From: Octopus bimaculoides
Taxonomy: Eukaryota
NCBI RefSeq assembly: GCF_001194135.2
Contig: NC_068990.1
Location: 77,303,457 to 77,344,744, forward strand
Length of the DNA: 41,288 bases
Reading direction: 5' to 3'
Position 1 is the stretch's first letter, and each line of letters starts with the position of its first letter. Below the pieces are notes generated by a model, which saw only the letters and a list, made by a program, of their open reading frames with translations, was not told where the DNA came from and did no database searches. The translations under genes and the position numbers were made by a program. Below are positions 11,601-22,669 of this stretch, one piece after another.

Positions 11601-11927
11601 CATACGTATACGTGCACCCATACAAGGAAATGCTTATAAACAAGTCCACAGGTACACGCGCCCTTATATGAAAACTCATTGTCACGCAGTCATGACTCAG
11701 ATGAATATATCTGTCAAGCGGACAAATATTCCAACGCACATATGCACACACGGTTGTATTCTGTGTCCTCTTCCTCCTTCTCATCATCAGAAATTCATTC
11801 ACTACGCATAAGAAATGTTTCTTTTCATATATCAATCAATGCTCTGTTAATTAATTAGTCTTTACACCCAGGTTTCATTTTCATTTTCTTTTATACGGAA
11901 TTAAAGTTACGGGATATTGCTTTGTCT

Positions 11928-12057
11928 TGGAACTTGGTTGTGTAGTTGAAGAAGCTGGCTTTGCAACCACGTGGTTTCCGGTTCAGTCCCACTGTGCGGC
12001 TCCAGCCCGACTAGTGCCTTGTGAGTGTGCAAGACCGTCGTGTATGCACACACATAC

Positions 12058-12088
<31 letters not shown>

Positions 12089-12268
12089 CACTGTTTGATA
12101 ACCGGTGTTGGTTTGTTTACGTCTCAGGAGGTTAGTAGTTCGGCAAAAAGTATCGATAGGATTAATACAAGATTTAAAATTACATACTGCTGGCAATTTG
12201 ACCGACTAAACTTTTCAAGACAGTGCTTCAGTATGGCCGCAGTCAAATGAGCTATATTACTAAAAGAA
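11928..12268 (+). mobile_element. SINE family A, internally deleted divergent copy
   Basis: GCAACCACGTGGTTTCCGGTTCAGTCCCACTG head, TG run, TTCGGCAAAAAG and CAGTATGGCCGCAGTCAAATGA tail. Confidence 0.85.
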
Positions 12269-12382
12269 GAAGGAAAAAAGAAGATAAAACACGTATTTAG
12301 AGGATTCCACTATTATCACTATAAGGTCTTTGAATTTGGAAATCGGAGACAAAATTACTGATATTATGTAAAAGAAAACATG

Positions 12383-12593
12383 GGAGAACGTCTCCGTGGT
12401 CGTTCGAGCTGGAATAAATAGCAGTCAAAGACCTCCCCCACTCCAAATCAAATCCAATCGTCTTAACGATATATTAGATAATGCATTCGTCGTAGATATG
12501 CAGAAATACGGATTGGCCTCTGCTGGAACGTGTTTCATCATAGTTCTGTTCTCGCAAGGTTAACCTGGTGTAAACAACAACAACAACAACAAC
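12383..12593 (+). mobile_element. SINE-like family G with (CAA)n tail
   Basis: G(C)TAGAAATAGCAGYCAAA-like motif, also seen at 18260, 23902, 24153, 30170 and 31190, and an AAACAACAACAAC 3' tail. Confidence 0.65.
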
Positions 12594-12789
12594 TGTAGCA
12601 GAAGCAGCAGTAACAACAGCAGCAATTTCCCCAAATATTCGACGCGATATCGAATTACTTCATGGCATCGTGATCTGCCAGAAATCAGTGCCAGTTCACC
12701 CACATAATATGCCCTACACCCGGCCTTAGTGAAGGGCTGATAGTATAATATAATACTAGTCTTAGATACGCTATCCCTGAGGATTAGAA

Positions 12790-13040
12790 GGGACAGTAAT
12801 AGCTACAACATCTTTGATCATAGGCTTAATCAACCAGAGCTATTCTGGGTCTCCAAGAAGACCGAATGGTCGTAGTTGGAAGCCTTTGATCAAAGTCCCT
12901 TTTGATCAAGGCTGATTTGATGTTACAAAACGGGAGAATGTGATGTCTTACATAATAAGGTTTATTCGATGTGGGTTGACTGGGTCTTCAAATGACATGA
13001 TGTTCACAGTTAGAAAGTCCTTTGATCATAAGTTTATTTG
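12790..13040 (+). repeat. Cluster of decayed family-G 3' fragments carrying CTTTGATC(A) motifs
   Basis: CTTTGATC at 12812, 12884, 12888 (minus) and 13020, plus a near-match at about 12900; contexts CTTTGATCATAGG and CTTTGATCATAAG resemble each other. Confidence 0.55.
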
Positions 13041-13599
13041 ATTAGAATGAACGCAGCATGGCTGATTGCCTTAATAACTAATTTCGCAATCACGAGATTC
13101 TGGGCTTGTCACTACTGCATGTGTAAACTTCATAGCCTTGGATCAACCGAAGCCTTGTGAGTGATATTGGGTTGGCGAAAGTCAATCTTAAAGATGGATT
13201 TGACTTGTGATTCGATGGTCCAGCCTTGCCGTAACAGTCACTCATCATGTCACACTGATTAAGCATGGTAACATTAAGGCTAAATGTACCTGTGGAATGC
13301 TCAACTACTTACATGCTAATTCAATAAGTAGGGATTTTATGTTGATCAAAGAACAAAATGTTCATTGTCGAAATCGACTGAGATCTCTTTTTCTCGATCA
13401 AAAATGATTTAGGATTAAACAATATTAATATTAATAGTATGGAGGACAACAACAACGACGATGAAGATGGTGACGTCATGAACATCAACACCAACAAATT
13501 AAATTTATTCAACAAAAATATTGTGAAAGAAATAATTGGAAATTAAAAATTTGAAGAAATACATTTTATTGAATAAAAATTACTTGTTTTGATCATGTG

Positions 13600-13970
13600 T
13601 TGCCCTTAATTTTATTTCATATGTGTTTAATATTGACGGTAATGGCATGAGGGCGGCTGTGGTGGTGGTTGTCGTCGTAGTGGTGGTAAGGTGTGTTGGT
13701 AATGGTGCTAATATTAGTATTATTAGTGGTGGTGATGGTGATATTGCTAATGATGTTGGGTGTGGAGTTTGTTGTTGTTGTGGTAATGAGGTAGTGATGA
13801 TGGTGGTGTTATTGGTTGTAAAGCTGGTATTAGTAGTGGTGGTGGCAGTGATAGCGGTAATGGTGGTTCCCGCTCCAATATTGCTTGTGGCAGCGGCGAT
13901 GGCAATTATAAATATGACGTTGGCTTTTGTGATGACGATTGTGCTGGTGATATTGTTGTCGAAAATGTAA
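13600..13970. repeat. G/T-rich low-complexity (GGT/GTT/GAT) tract
   Basis: Visible; explains the Val/Thr-rich spurious ORFs. Confidence 0.85.
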
Positions 13971-13974
13971 CATG

Positions 13975-14207
13975 GGCAGCGAGCTGGCAGAAACGTTAGC
14001 ACGCCGGGCGAAATGCTTAGCGGTATTTCGTCTGTCTTTACGTTCTGAGTTCAAATTCCGCCGAGGTCGACTTTGCCTTTCGTCCTTTCGGGGGTCGATA
14101 AATTAAGTACCAGTTACGCACTGGGGTCGATGTAATCGACTTAATCCCTTTGTCTGTCCTTGTTTGTCCCCTCTATGTTTAGCCCCTTGTGGGCAATAAA
14201 GAAATAA
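13975..14207 (+). mobile_element. SINE family C (tail type C2), young
   Basis: Intact head GGCAGCGAGCTGGCAGAAACGTTAGCACGCCGGGCG, core GAGTTCAAATTCCGCCGAGGTCGACTTTGCC, and distinct tail CCCTTTGTCTGTCC...GGGCAATAAAGAAATAA. Confidence 0.95.
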
Positions 14208-14408
14208 GAAACGTTAGCACGCCGGGCGAAATGCTTAGCAATATTTCGTTTGCCTTCACGTTCTGAGTTCAAATTCCGCCGAGGTCAGCTTTGCCTTTCA
14301 TCCTTGCAGGGTCGATAAATTAAGTACCATTTGCGTACTGGGGTCAATCAAATCGACTGGTCCCTCTCCACCAAAATTTTGGGCATTGTGCCTAGAGTAG
14401 AAAAGAAT
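14208..14408 (+). mobile_element. SINE family C (tail C1) lacking the first 15 nt, fused to the preceding copy
   Basis: Starts at GAAACGTTAGCAC; ends TTGTGCCTAGAGTAGAAAAGAAT. Confidence 0.9.
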
Positions 14409-14421
14409 ACATATCAGTAGT

Positions 14422-14624
14422 AAGACAGCGAGTTGGGAGAATCGTTAACACGCATAGCAAAATGCTTCGAGGTATTTCGTCCGTCCTTAAGTTCAGAGTT
14501 CAAATTCCGCTGAGGTCGACTTTGTCTTTCATCCTTTCAGAGTCGATAAAATAAGTACCAGTTGAATACTGGGGTCGGTGTAATCCCCGAAATTACAAAC
14601 CTTGAACCAAAATTTGAAACCAAT
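14422..14624 (+). mobile_element. SINE family C (tail C3), older
   Basis: AAGACAGCGAGTTGG head; CCAAAATTTGAAACCAAT tail. Confidence 0.9.
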
Positions 14625-14639
14625 ATGATGGCGATCATA

Positions 14640-14740
14640 TAAGTGGTCATATAGGACATAGTTGTAGTAGTAGCAATAGTGGTAGCCCTGCTGGTGATAA
14701 CTGTCGTATAGGTGGTTGTAGTTGTTGTCGGAATATCAAT

Positions 14741-14774
<34 letters not shown>

Positions 14775-15538
14775 TAATAGTAGTAATTGTTGCAACAACA
14801 AAGGTGGTTCGTGGCAATGGACACCTTCTTCCACCAGATATCTTAGTAACTCAGATGGTGACGATGATGATGATGACGACGACGACGATGAGAATGTTAG
14901 CTAATGGTGGTGGTGGTGATGGTAATGGTGGGGTGATTCTTGTATATGGGGAGCGGCGGGGAGGAGGGAGCTGGTGTGGTGTTTTCTCAATTGGTTTATC
15001 GATAAATTCTCAAGGTGGTGTTGTACAGCATTTATTAAGAGATCTTCTCATTCTCTAATTCTCCTAATCACTCACAGAAGGTAAACTGAATCATTACCAC
15101 CATCGATATCGTCTTGTCGCATCACCACCGACGCCGCCCCGTTGTTGTTGTTGCTGTTGTTGTTCTTTGGCATTATCGCTATCATCATCTTTTTTCTATT
15201 CCAGTCTTCTTCTTCTTCTTCTTCTTCTTCTTCTTCTTCTTCTTCTTCTTCTTCTTCTTCTTCTTCTTCTTCAACTTCCTCCTTTTCCTCCTTTTCGTTT
15301 TGTCATCGCAGGCGTCATCGTCCGTCCTCTCTTCTCTCTCACCCGCACTTCTCCAACCTCCTCCTCCTCCTCCTCTTCCTCCTCCACCTCTTTCTTCCTT
15401 CCCTCTCCTCCGTCATCACCTGCACCACCCACCTCTTTCTCCACCTCTTCCCCCTTTTATATTCTACTTTTCCACACCTTTCTCATCGCAACCGTCGTAT
15501 CTACATCGTCGTCGTCGTCGTCACCATCGTCACCATCG

Positions 15539-15579
<41 letters not shown>

Positions 15580-15701
15580 GTCATCATCATCATCATCATC
15601 ATCACCATCATCAGTAGCATCATCATCATCATCATCGTCATCATCATCATCATCATCATCATCACCACCATCATCATCATCATCATCACCATCATCAGTA
15701 G

Positions 15702-15732
<31 letters not shown>

Positions 15733-15903
15733 GTCGTCATTCTCGCTGTTTTCCTGTTTCTACCATCATCAACATTATCATTACCCTTAATATTGTTTTT
15801 ATTAACCATTACTTAATCTTATCCTCATTATTTAAAAATATACAGTTATCAATAATACCACTACTACTACTACTACTACTGCTACTACTACTACTACTAC
15901 TAC
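14640..15903. repeat. Compound trinucleotide microsatellite region: (GTA)n, (GAT)n, (TCT)n, (CCT)n, (ATC)n, (CTA)n
   Basis: Visible; source of the poly-Ser/His/Ile/Met ORFs in the track. Confidence 0.9.
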
Positions 15904-17129
15904 NNNNNNNNNNNNNNNNNNNNNNNNNNNNNNNNNNNNNNNNNNNNNNNNNNNNNNNNNNNNNNNNNNNNNNNNNNNNNNNNNNNNNNNNNNNNNNNNN
16001 NNNNNNNNNNNNNNNNNNNNNNNNNNNNNNNNNNNNNNNNNNNNNNNNNNNNNNNNNNNNNNNNNNNNNNNNNNNNNNNNNNNNNNNNNNNNNNNNNNNN
16101 NNNNNNNNNNNNNNNNNNNNNNNNNNNNNNNNNNNNNNNNNNNNNNNNNNNNNNNNNNNNNNNNNNNNNNNNNNNNNNNNNNNNNNNNNNNNNNNNNNNN
16201 NNNNNNNNNNNNNNNNNNNNNNNNNNNNNNNNNNNNNNNNNNNNNNNNNNNNNNGACTGATTAGATATTTCTAAAATTACCGTGAAACATAATTAATTAT
16301 TGAGAAATTTTTCCGAGAACGATTTCATATCGATCTTTAATAAAGGAAACATTTATTGCTTTGTTTAGAACGAAAATATTGAGTGTGATGTCGGATTTTT
16401 TTTTTTTTCATTATATTATATTTATTTTTGTATTTATTAAGCTTATAACATATCGAAATAAAAATAACAGAGATTAATTGTACTTTATCTCTTTATTAAG
16501 TTAAATCAACATCCTTCGTTGGACTGGTGATTATTGTAGAAATAGTGGTTAACTCTCAGTGTTGAAAAGGCATAAACATCGTGATCTTTCTCCAATTGCT
16601 CGCAGTTATCGAGTGCCTTCGGAGTTCTGTGTTCCCTGATATCTGTACTTTGTGTTTCATGGTGTGTATTTTCCTTCCGCATTCCCGTTGTTTTCTGCTT
16701 CCTGGGTTTGAGGAAAGAGGTAGTACCAATGGTCTTCGAAGAGAAAACGTGATTAAGAAGGAAGTTCCAGAGTGCCAGTGTTCTTTGAAAGAATGACTAA
16801 ATGCTGAGGGTTAGCGACAGCCTTGAAGTTGAGCACAACACGAGTGACGAGAAGAGAAGTGGTGAATGAGTCAGAGATACCTGGATGGAGGTGGCACGAG
16901 CTCAGACAGCTGTCAGGAGCAGTGCCATTATAGTAGCAGTAGAAAGAGAGAGTGAGAGAGAGAGAAAGAAAGAGAGAAAGAGAAAGAGAGAGAATGAGAG
17001 AGGGAGAAAGAGGAGAAAGTGCAACTGTTGGAGAGAGGATGGAGTGAACTATGTTTTGTGTTCTTTAATTGGTGACCTTTATGCTTTTAATCTCTTACTT
17101 TATCTCTAATTCTTTTTAATTTCGTTTTT

Positions 17130-17600
17130 GCCTTGATCGGTATTTCTTGATAGACGTTCACTGAAATCTGTTTTGTATTTCTAGTATCTATTTATCTGTG
17201 TTCCTTCATACACTTTTGTTGATCTGTGATTATATCTTCATTTCTTGACCTGTGCTTCAAGTATCTATTCTTCTGTGTTTCCTAATACAGGATTTTTGAT
17301 CTGCGTTACTAGTGTTTATTCATCTGTCATTTTTAATATAAGTTTCTTGAACTGTGTTTCAAGTGTTTATTCATTTGTGTTTCTTGATACTCATTTCTTC
17401 ATCTGTGTCTATATTTTCATTTCTTGATCTATGTTCGTTGATTCGTGTTTTTATATGCATTTTAATGATCTGTATTTTCTCAATTTGTTTTCTGATCTAT
17501 ACGTTTTGATCTGTATTTGTAAATTCATATATTTTTTTTATCTCTGTTCCTTGGTCAGTCTTTCTGAAATTTGTGTTTCATGATCAGTGTTTCTTGAAAG
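17130..17600. repeat. Cryptic degenerate minisatellite built on a TTCTTGATCTGTGT-like motif
   Basis: At least 12 variants (TTGATCTGTG, TTGACCTGTG, TTGATCTGCG, TTGAACTGTG, TTCATCTGTG, TTGATCTATG, ATGATCTGTA and others) at irregular spacing. Confidence 0.65.
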
Positions 17601-17628
17601 TTATTCATTGAAACCTTTGTCTGTGAGC

Positions 17629-17629
<1 letters not shown>

Positions 17630-17673
<44 letters not shown>

Positions 17674-17700
17674 NNNNNNNNNNATAATAATAATAATAAT
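17630..17700. repeat. (AAT)n microsatellite with a 10-N gap
   Basis: Visible. Confidence 0.9.
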
Positions 17701-18231
17701 ACGAGAAAAATAAAAGAACCTCATAGAAATCAGTAGAGATATGAATTTCTTAGACAAAAGCAACATAGGGAAGAAGCAAAACGAATTTAACTTTGTGAAA
17801 ACCATACATAGTGCGACAGTATGAGCTACAAAGACATACCAGCTGAGATTGTGATTTTCCGTTCACTTAGTTTCTATAGAACTGGGGAAGTATTCCGTTG
17901 TTCAACCACAGCAAAGTACAAATGACAATTACGCCATCATCTTTTTTCACAAAGAGATTGAAAGACGGTAAAGGTAAAACAAAAATCAAGAAGGAAAAGA
18001 AAATTATAACAAAAAAGAAACAAGGAAAAACAAACAACACAAATGCATGACTAGGAGTAAACAACACATCACTTGTAATCAGCGATATACGTCGCTACTT
18101 TACTGTTGTTATTGTTATAAATGTTGACTTTGTAGCTTCGTTGTGGTGAATGATGTGTAGTAGTACCATGTTACACGGACAGACACACACAGAGGTAGAC
18201 AGACGAACGAGGTAAAGACGGAAGGAGTCGC

Positions 18232-18330
18232 TTACACAGCAATTTGACTTGCTAGAAATAGTAGTCAAATTACCCTCGAATCACACTCGTCGTTGTTTTA
18301 AGAGTAGACGAACTCATATTGTATAATGTT
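18232..18330 (+). mobile_element. Family G SINE 5' fragment
   Basis: TTTGACTTGCTAGAAATAGTAGTCAAATTACCCTCGAATCACAC. Confidence 0.55.
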
Positions 18331-18331
18331 G

Positions 18332-18333
<2 letters not shown>

Positions 18334-18389
<56 letters not shown>

Positions 18390-18397
18390 CACACACA

Positions 18398-18457
<60 letters not shown>

Positions 18458-18615
18458 ACACACACACACTCACGATGCAAGAAAAAATAGTGTGAACACG
18501 TTCATTTGGAACATAGTAACTCTCACGTGCTAATGTTGTCATTCATTCATTCAGTTACTCATTCTTTCTCGAGGAGTGAGAAATAAACAACAAAAGCAGC
18601 AGCAGCAGCAGCAGC

Positions 18616-18652
<37 letters not shown>

Positions 18653-19092
18653 GCAGCAACAACAAACTTGTCTTTTCAACCCACCACCTTGCTATACACC
18701 TATTCTGCTCCACTGTTACACTACTATTCTACTAATCTGTAAAACTAAAGTTACTTTAGCTGGTGACTTTCAGAAGCATGTACACCAAGAGCATTAGTAT
18801 TGCATTATATCATCCTTTTTTTTTCTTCCTTCACAACAGCAACAACACAAACAACAACAACAAAGACAAACAAACAAACAACAACCAAACAAGAGATTCT
18901 ACAACAGCAGCAATGATTTAAAAAAAAAAACTAGAACAACAACAACAACAAGCAGAAAATATAAAAGTCTCAAAGAAACAACAGCAACACGACAAACGAC
19001 AGAAGAGTCAGTAATATTAACAGTCGCATCAACAACAACACCAGCAACTATTACTACTACTACTACTACTACAACAACTACTACTACTACTG

Positions 19093-19136
<44 letters not shown>

Positions 19137-19137
19137 G
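18334..19137. repeat. Microsatellite-rich stretch: (CA)n 18334-18470, (CAG/CAA)n 18590-18665, (CTA)n 19050-19137
   Basis: Visible. Confidence 0.9.
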
Positions 19138-20352
19138 TAAAAATACTTCTAACGGTGACTAAGTTTCTCCTATTGTTCTTCCCATTCAGTATCGAGCTCG
19201 CATAAAATCAATCACTAAACTAAGTGAATATCGATTAAATTTCTTGCCTTCTTTCTTTTTCTCTCTTCTTTTTTTTTATCTTTTGCTGTGAACTTAGTTT
19301 CGTGTAAATCCCATAAGAACTTTCCTACTCTCCCTCTCCAACCACACTCTCTGCATATTTGCATATATATATATNNNNNNNNNNNNNNNNNNNNNNNNNN
19401 NNNNNNNNNNNNNNNNNNNNNNNNNNNNNNNNNNNNNNNNNNNNNNNNNNNNNNNNNNNNNNNNNNNNNNNNNNNNNNNNNNNNNNNNNNNNNNNNNNNN
19501 NNNNNNNNNNNNNNNNNNNNNNNNNNNNNNNNNNNNNNNNNNNNNNNNNNNNNNNNNNNNNNNNNNNNNNNNNNNNNNNNNNNNNNNNNNNNNNNNNNNN
19601 NNNNNNNNNNNNNNNNNNNNNNNNNNNNNNNNNNNNNNNNNNNNNNNNNNNNNNNNNNNNNNNNNNNNNNNNNNNNNNNNNNNNNNNNNNNNNNNNNNNN
19701 NNNNNNNNNNNNNNNNNNNNNNNNNNNNNNNNNNNNNNNNNNNNNNNNNNNNNNNNNNNNNNNNNNNNNNNNNNNNNNNNNNNNNNNNNNNNNNNNNNNN
19801 NNNNNNNNNNNNNNNNNNNNNNNNNNNNNNNNNNNNNNNNNNNNNNNNNNNNNNNNNNNNNNNNNNNNNNNNNNNNNNNNNNNNNNNNNNNNNNNNNNNN
19901 NNNNNNNNNNNNNNNNNNTATATATATATGTATTGTACATTAAAACCCAAGGTTTTTATCTGTTTATTTGTATCAATATCTCTCTTCTCTTTCTACCCAA
20001 ACCACACACACACGCATCCATACGCACGCACACGCACACGCACACACACAAGTATATGTATTAGTGGGTGAAGGGAATGGATATTATGTGATTTTAAGCT
20101 ATTATATAGCTGTTCAATGTTCCTTCTTCTATGTAGTACGTAATCACCTACTCAATTCCTTTCACCTACAGATTTATAATAGCATAATTAGCCACTTTTG
20201 CGGCTCGTTGTATAGCGACGGTCATCTTATCGGAAATTTCTATCTAATCCGAAATGCAGCGAAATGTATTGCATACGTTAACAAACTTCGTTCATCGAAT
20301 ATCATCTACCTTGTGTTATCTATACAAGCGGTGTCTATGCGTGAGGCTAACC

Positions 20353-20392
<40 letters not shown>

Positions 20393-21234
20393 CACACACA
20401 TACACACACACACACACACACACATATCTGTGTGTGTTAATATATATAGATTCGCCTATATCAGAAATGAGAGCTCAACACCGCATTGGTGAATAAATAT
20501 GCTTTATCTGTGAGTTAAGAAGGCTGCGAAAGGCCGAACATATTGTTGCGACAAAGTGGAACGGCCATGCAAGGGTAGAGCAGGTGCTGACGACGTGGAG
20601 CCGCTTAGGCTACCGAAGGCCGTTTTTCTGCTCGATGCCTAGGCGTGACCCGCGATTGCGTGTATATGTATGTGTGTGTATATGATACGATTCCTGCAAT
20701 ATGCTATAAGATAACCTTCTAATTTTTGCTAGATGACATAAGACATTGCCTTTCGGTGAATAACACTTGTACAACACTAGCTCTACGCTCTAAATATCCG
20801 TACATTAATATCAAGTTTGTAAGCATTTCCACGAACGGTTTCACATGAGAGGGCCTTCCTGCTTTTTTTTTTTCATAAACAGATACCTACAAGCAGTGGA
20901 TTGATTTTCTACACATCACACCGACACACACACACACACACGCACGCACACGCACACATACACACACACACGCACACACGCACACAACGCCCGAGTGTGT
21001 CCTGGGATTCGGTTGTGTGTATATATACGATGATTCCTGCAATGAGTTACATGAGAACTTAATTTTTCCTACATGACAAAAGACATTGTATTACGGTGAA
21101 TAACACTTGAACGACACTAGTTCTACACGCACACACGCATGCGCGCGCATACACAAACATGAGCGCACGCATATAGACACTTGCTCGCGCGCTGTCATCG
21201 TCGTGCGGTTTTTAAAATGTTTGATTCCACTTAC

Positions 21235-21283
21235 CGGTACTCTGGGTAGCAGTCTTGTATAATACTCACGTATTCACCAATAC
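21235..21283 (-). CDS. Candidate 49-nt internal exon (speculative), peptide (G)IGEYVSIIQDCYPEY(R)
   Basis: Acceptor TTTTCATTCTTAAG| and donor CCG|GTAAGT. Only the phase-1 frame is open, which matches candidate exon 23704-23740. No protein family recognised. Confidence 0.25.
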
Positions 21284-21388
21284 CTTAAGAATGAAAATTC
21301 GTATACGGGTGCTGCTGAAGGCCGTCGCCTATATATTTGTGCTCGGCTCTGCATCTATTTCTATGTTTAATACTATAAAATGGTAATA

Positions 21389-21650
21389 AAAAAATAAATA
21401 AATGCGCCCTTTTAAAGCCTAGCCAGGCTCATGAGCCCGGTTTCCCGGTTTCAATGGCGTATGTGTTCCCCAGCTGGACGAGACGCCAGTCCATCGCAGC
21501 GTTACTCATTTTTGCCAGCTGAGTGGACTGAAGGAACGTGAAATGAAGTGTCTTGCTCAAGAACACAACGCGTCGCCCGGTCCAGGAATCGAAACCACAA
21601 TCTTTCGATCATGATGCTGACATCCTAACCACTAAGCCACACGACTCCAC
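21389..21650 (-). mobile_element. SINE family B (tRNA head + CORE-like domain, tail B2), full length with 14-bp TSD
   Basis: A-box TGGCTTAGTGG, B-box GGTTTCGATTCC, CORE-like GTGTTCTTGAGCAAGACACTT. Perfect TSD ATAAAATGGTAATA at 21375-21388 and 21651-21664. Confidence 0.95.
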
Positions 21651-21711
21651 ATAAAATGGTAATATGTCCCTATATTAAAAAAGAAAAAGAAATGTTATTC
21701 TTTTACTCTGT

Positions 21712-21932
21712 GTGGAGGCACGTGGCTTAGTGGTTAGAGTGTTGGACTTATGATCGTAAGACTACGGTTTCGATTCCTAGACCGCGTGATGCAAAAATAC
21801 TTCATTTCATTTTGCTCCAGTTCACTTAGCTGACGAAAATGAGCATTTTCCGCGACGGCTGGCGTCTCATCCAGATGCTGGGGGAGGGAGAATTTTGTGC
21901 GTTATGGAGACCGGAAAATCGGCCCTTTGAGT
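21712..21932 (+). mobile_element. SINE family B, older copy; 3' end interrupted by the next element and probably resuming near 22305-22330
   Basis: GTGGAGGCACGTGGCTTAGTGGTTAG head, CORE-like remnant, CTGGCGTCTCATCCAG block shared with 21389-21650. Confidence 0.85.
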
Positions 21933-22295
21933 CTTATTGTTGTTGGCACTCCGTCGCTTACGACGTCGAGGGTTCCAGATGATCCGATCAACGGAACAGC
22001 CTGCTCGTGAAATTAACGGGCAAGTGGTTGAGCAATCCACAGACACGTGTACCCTTAACGTAGTTCTCGGGGATATTCAGCTGACCCTTTGAATTACGAG
22101 CACAACAGAAACAGAAAGAGTGAGAGAAAGTTGTGGTGAAAGAGTACAGCAGGGTTCGCCATCATCCTCTGCCGGAGCCTCGTGGAGCTTTAGGTGTTTT
22201 CGCTCAATAAACACTCACAACCACGGTCTGGGAATCGAAACCGCGATCCTACGACCGTGAGTCCACGGCCCTAACCACTGGGCCATTGCACCTCC
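21933..22295 (-). mobile_element. Chimeric SINE: family E tRNA head joined to the family B1 3' tail, with 9-bp TSD
   Basis: Head reverse complement GGAGGTGCAATGGCCCAGTGGTTAGGG..GGTTTCGATTCCC differs from the B head. Tail is the same type as 26770-27096. TSD CCTTTGAGT at 21924-21932 and 22296-22304. Confidence 0.9.
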
Positions 22296-22452
22296 CCTTT
22301 GAGTTCATATGATTCGGAAAAGATCTTTATTCTATCGAATTTATCTTTTTGCTCTTAACTCTTTTACTAGTTCCAACGCAAGGGCCTTTGGAAAAATAAA
22401 GATAGATAAAATAAGTGCCACACTGAAATAAGTACCGATGTGGATGTCATAT

Positions 22453-22669
22453 ATTGGTTTCAAGTTTTGGCACAAGGTCAGCAATTTTGGGGGAGAGGGA
22501 GAGTCGATTACATCGACTCCGGGATTCGACTGGTTCTTATTTTATCGATCCCGAAAGGATAAAAGGCAAAATCAATCTGGACGGATTTTGAACCCGGAAC
22601 GTAAAGACGGACGGAATGCAGTTGAGCATTTTGCTCTGCGTGGTAAAGATTCTGCCAGCATGTCGCCTT
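22453..22669 (-). mobile_element. SINE family C (tail C3)
   Basis: ATTGGTTTCAAGTTTTGGCACAAGG tail and core alignment to other C copies. Confidence 0.9.

Noticed and set aside
16500-17050. Unique higher-complexity segment with splice-like signals on the minus strand
   Set aside because: All frames close quickly and no motif was recognised; it may be a TE 5' region but cannot be supported.
17880-17970. Plus-strand exon-like stretch ELGKYSVVQPQQSTNDNYAIIFFHKEIER
   Set aside because: Non-consensus donor and no homology recognised.
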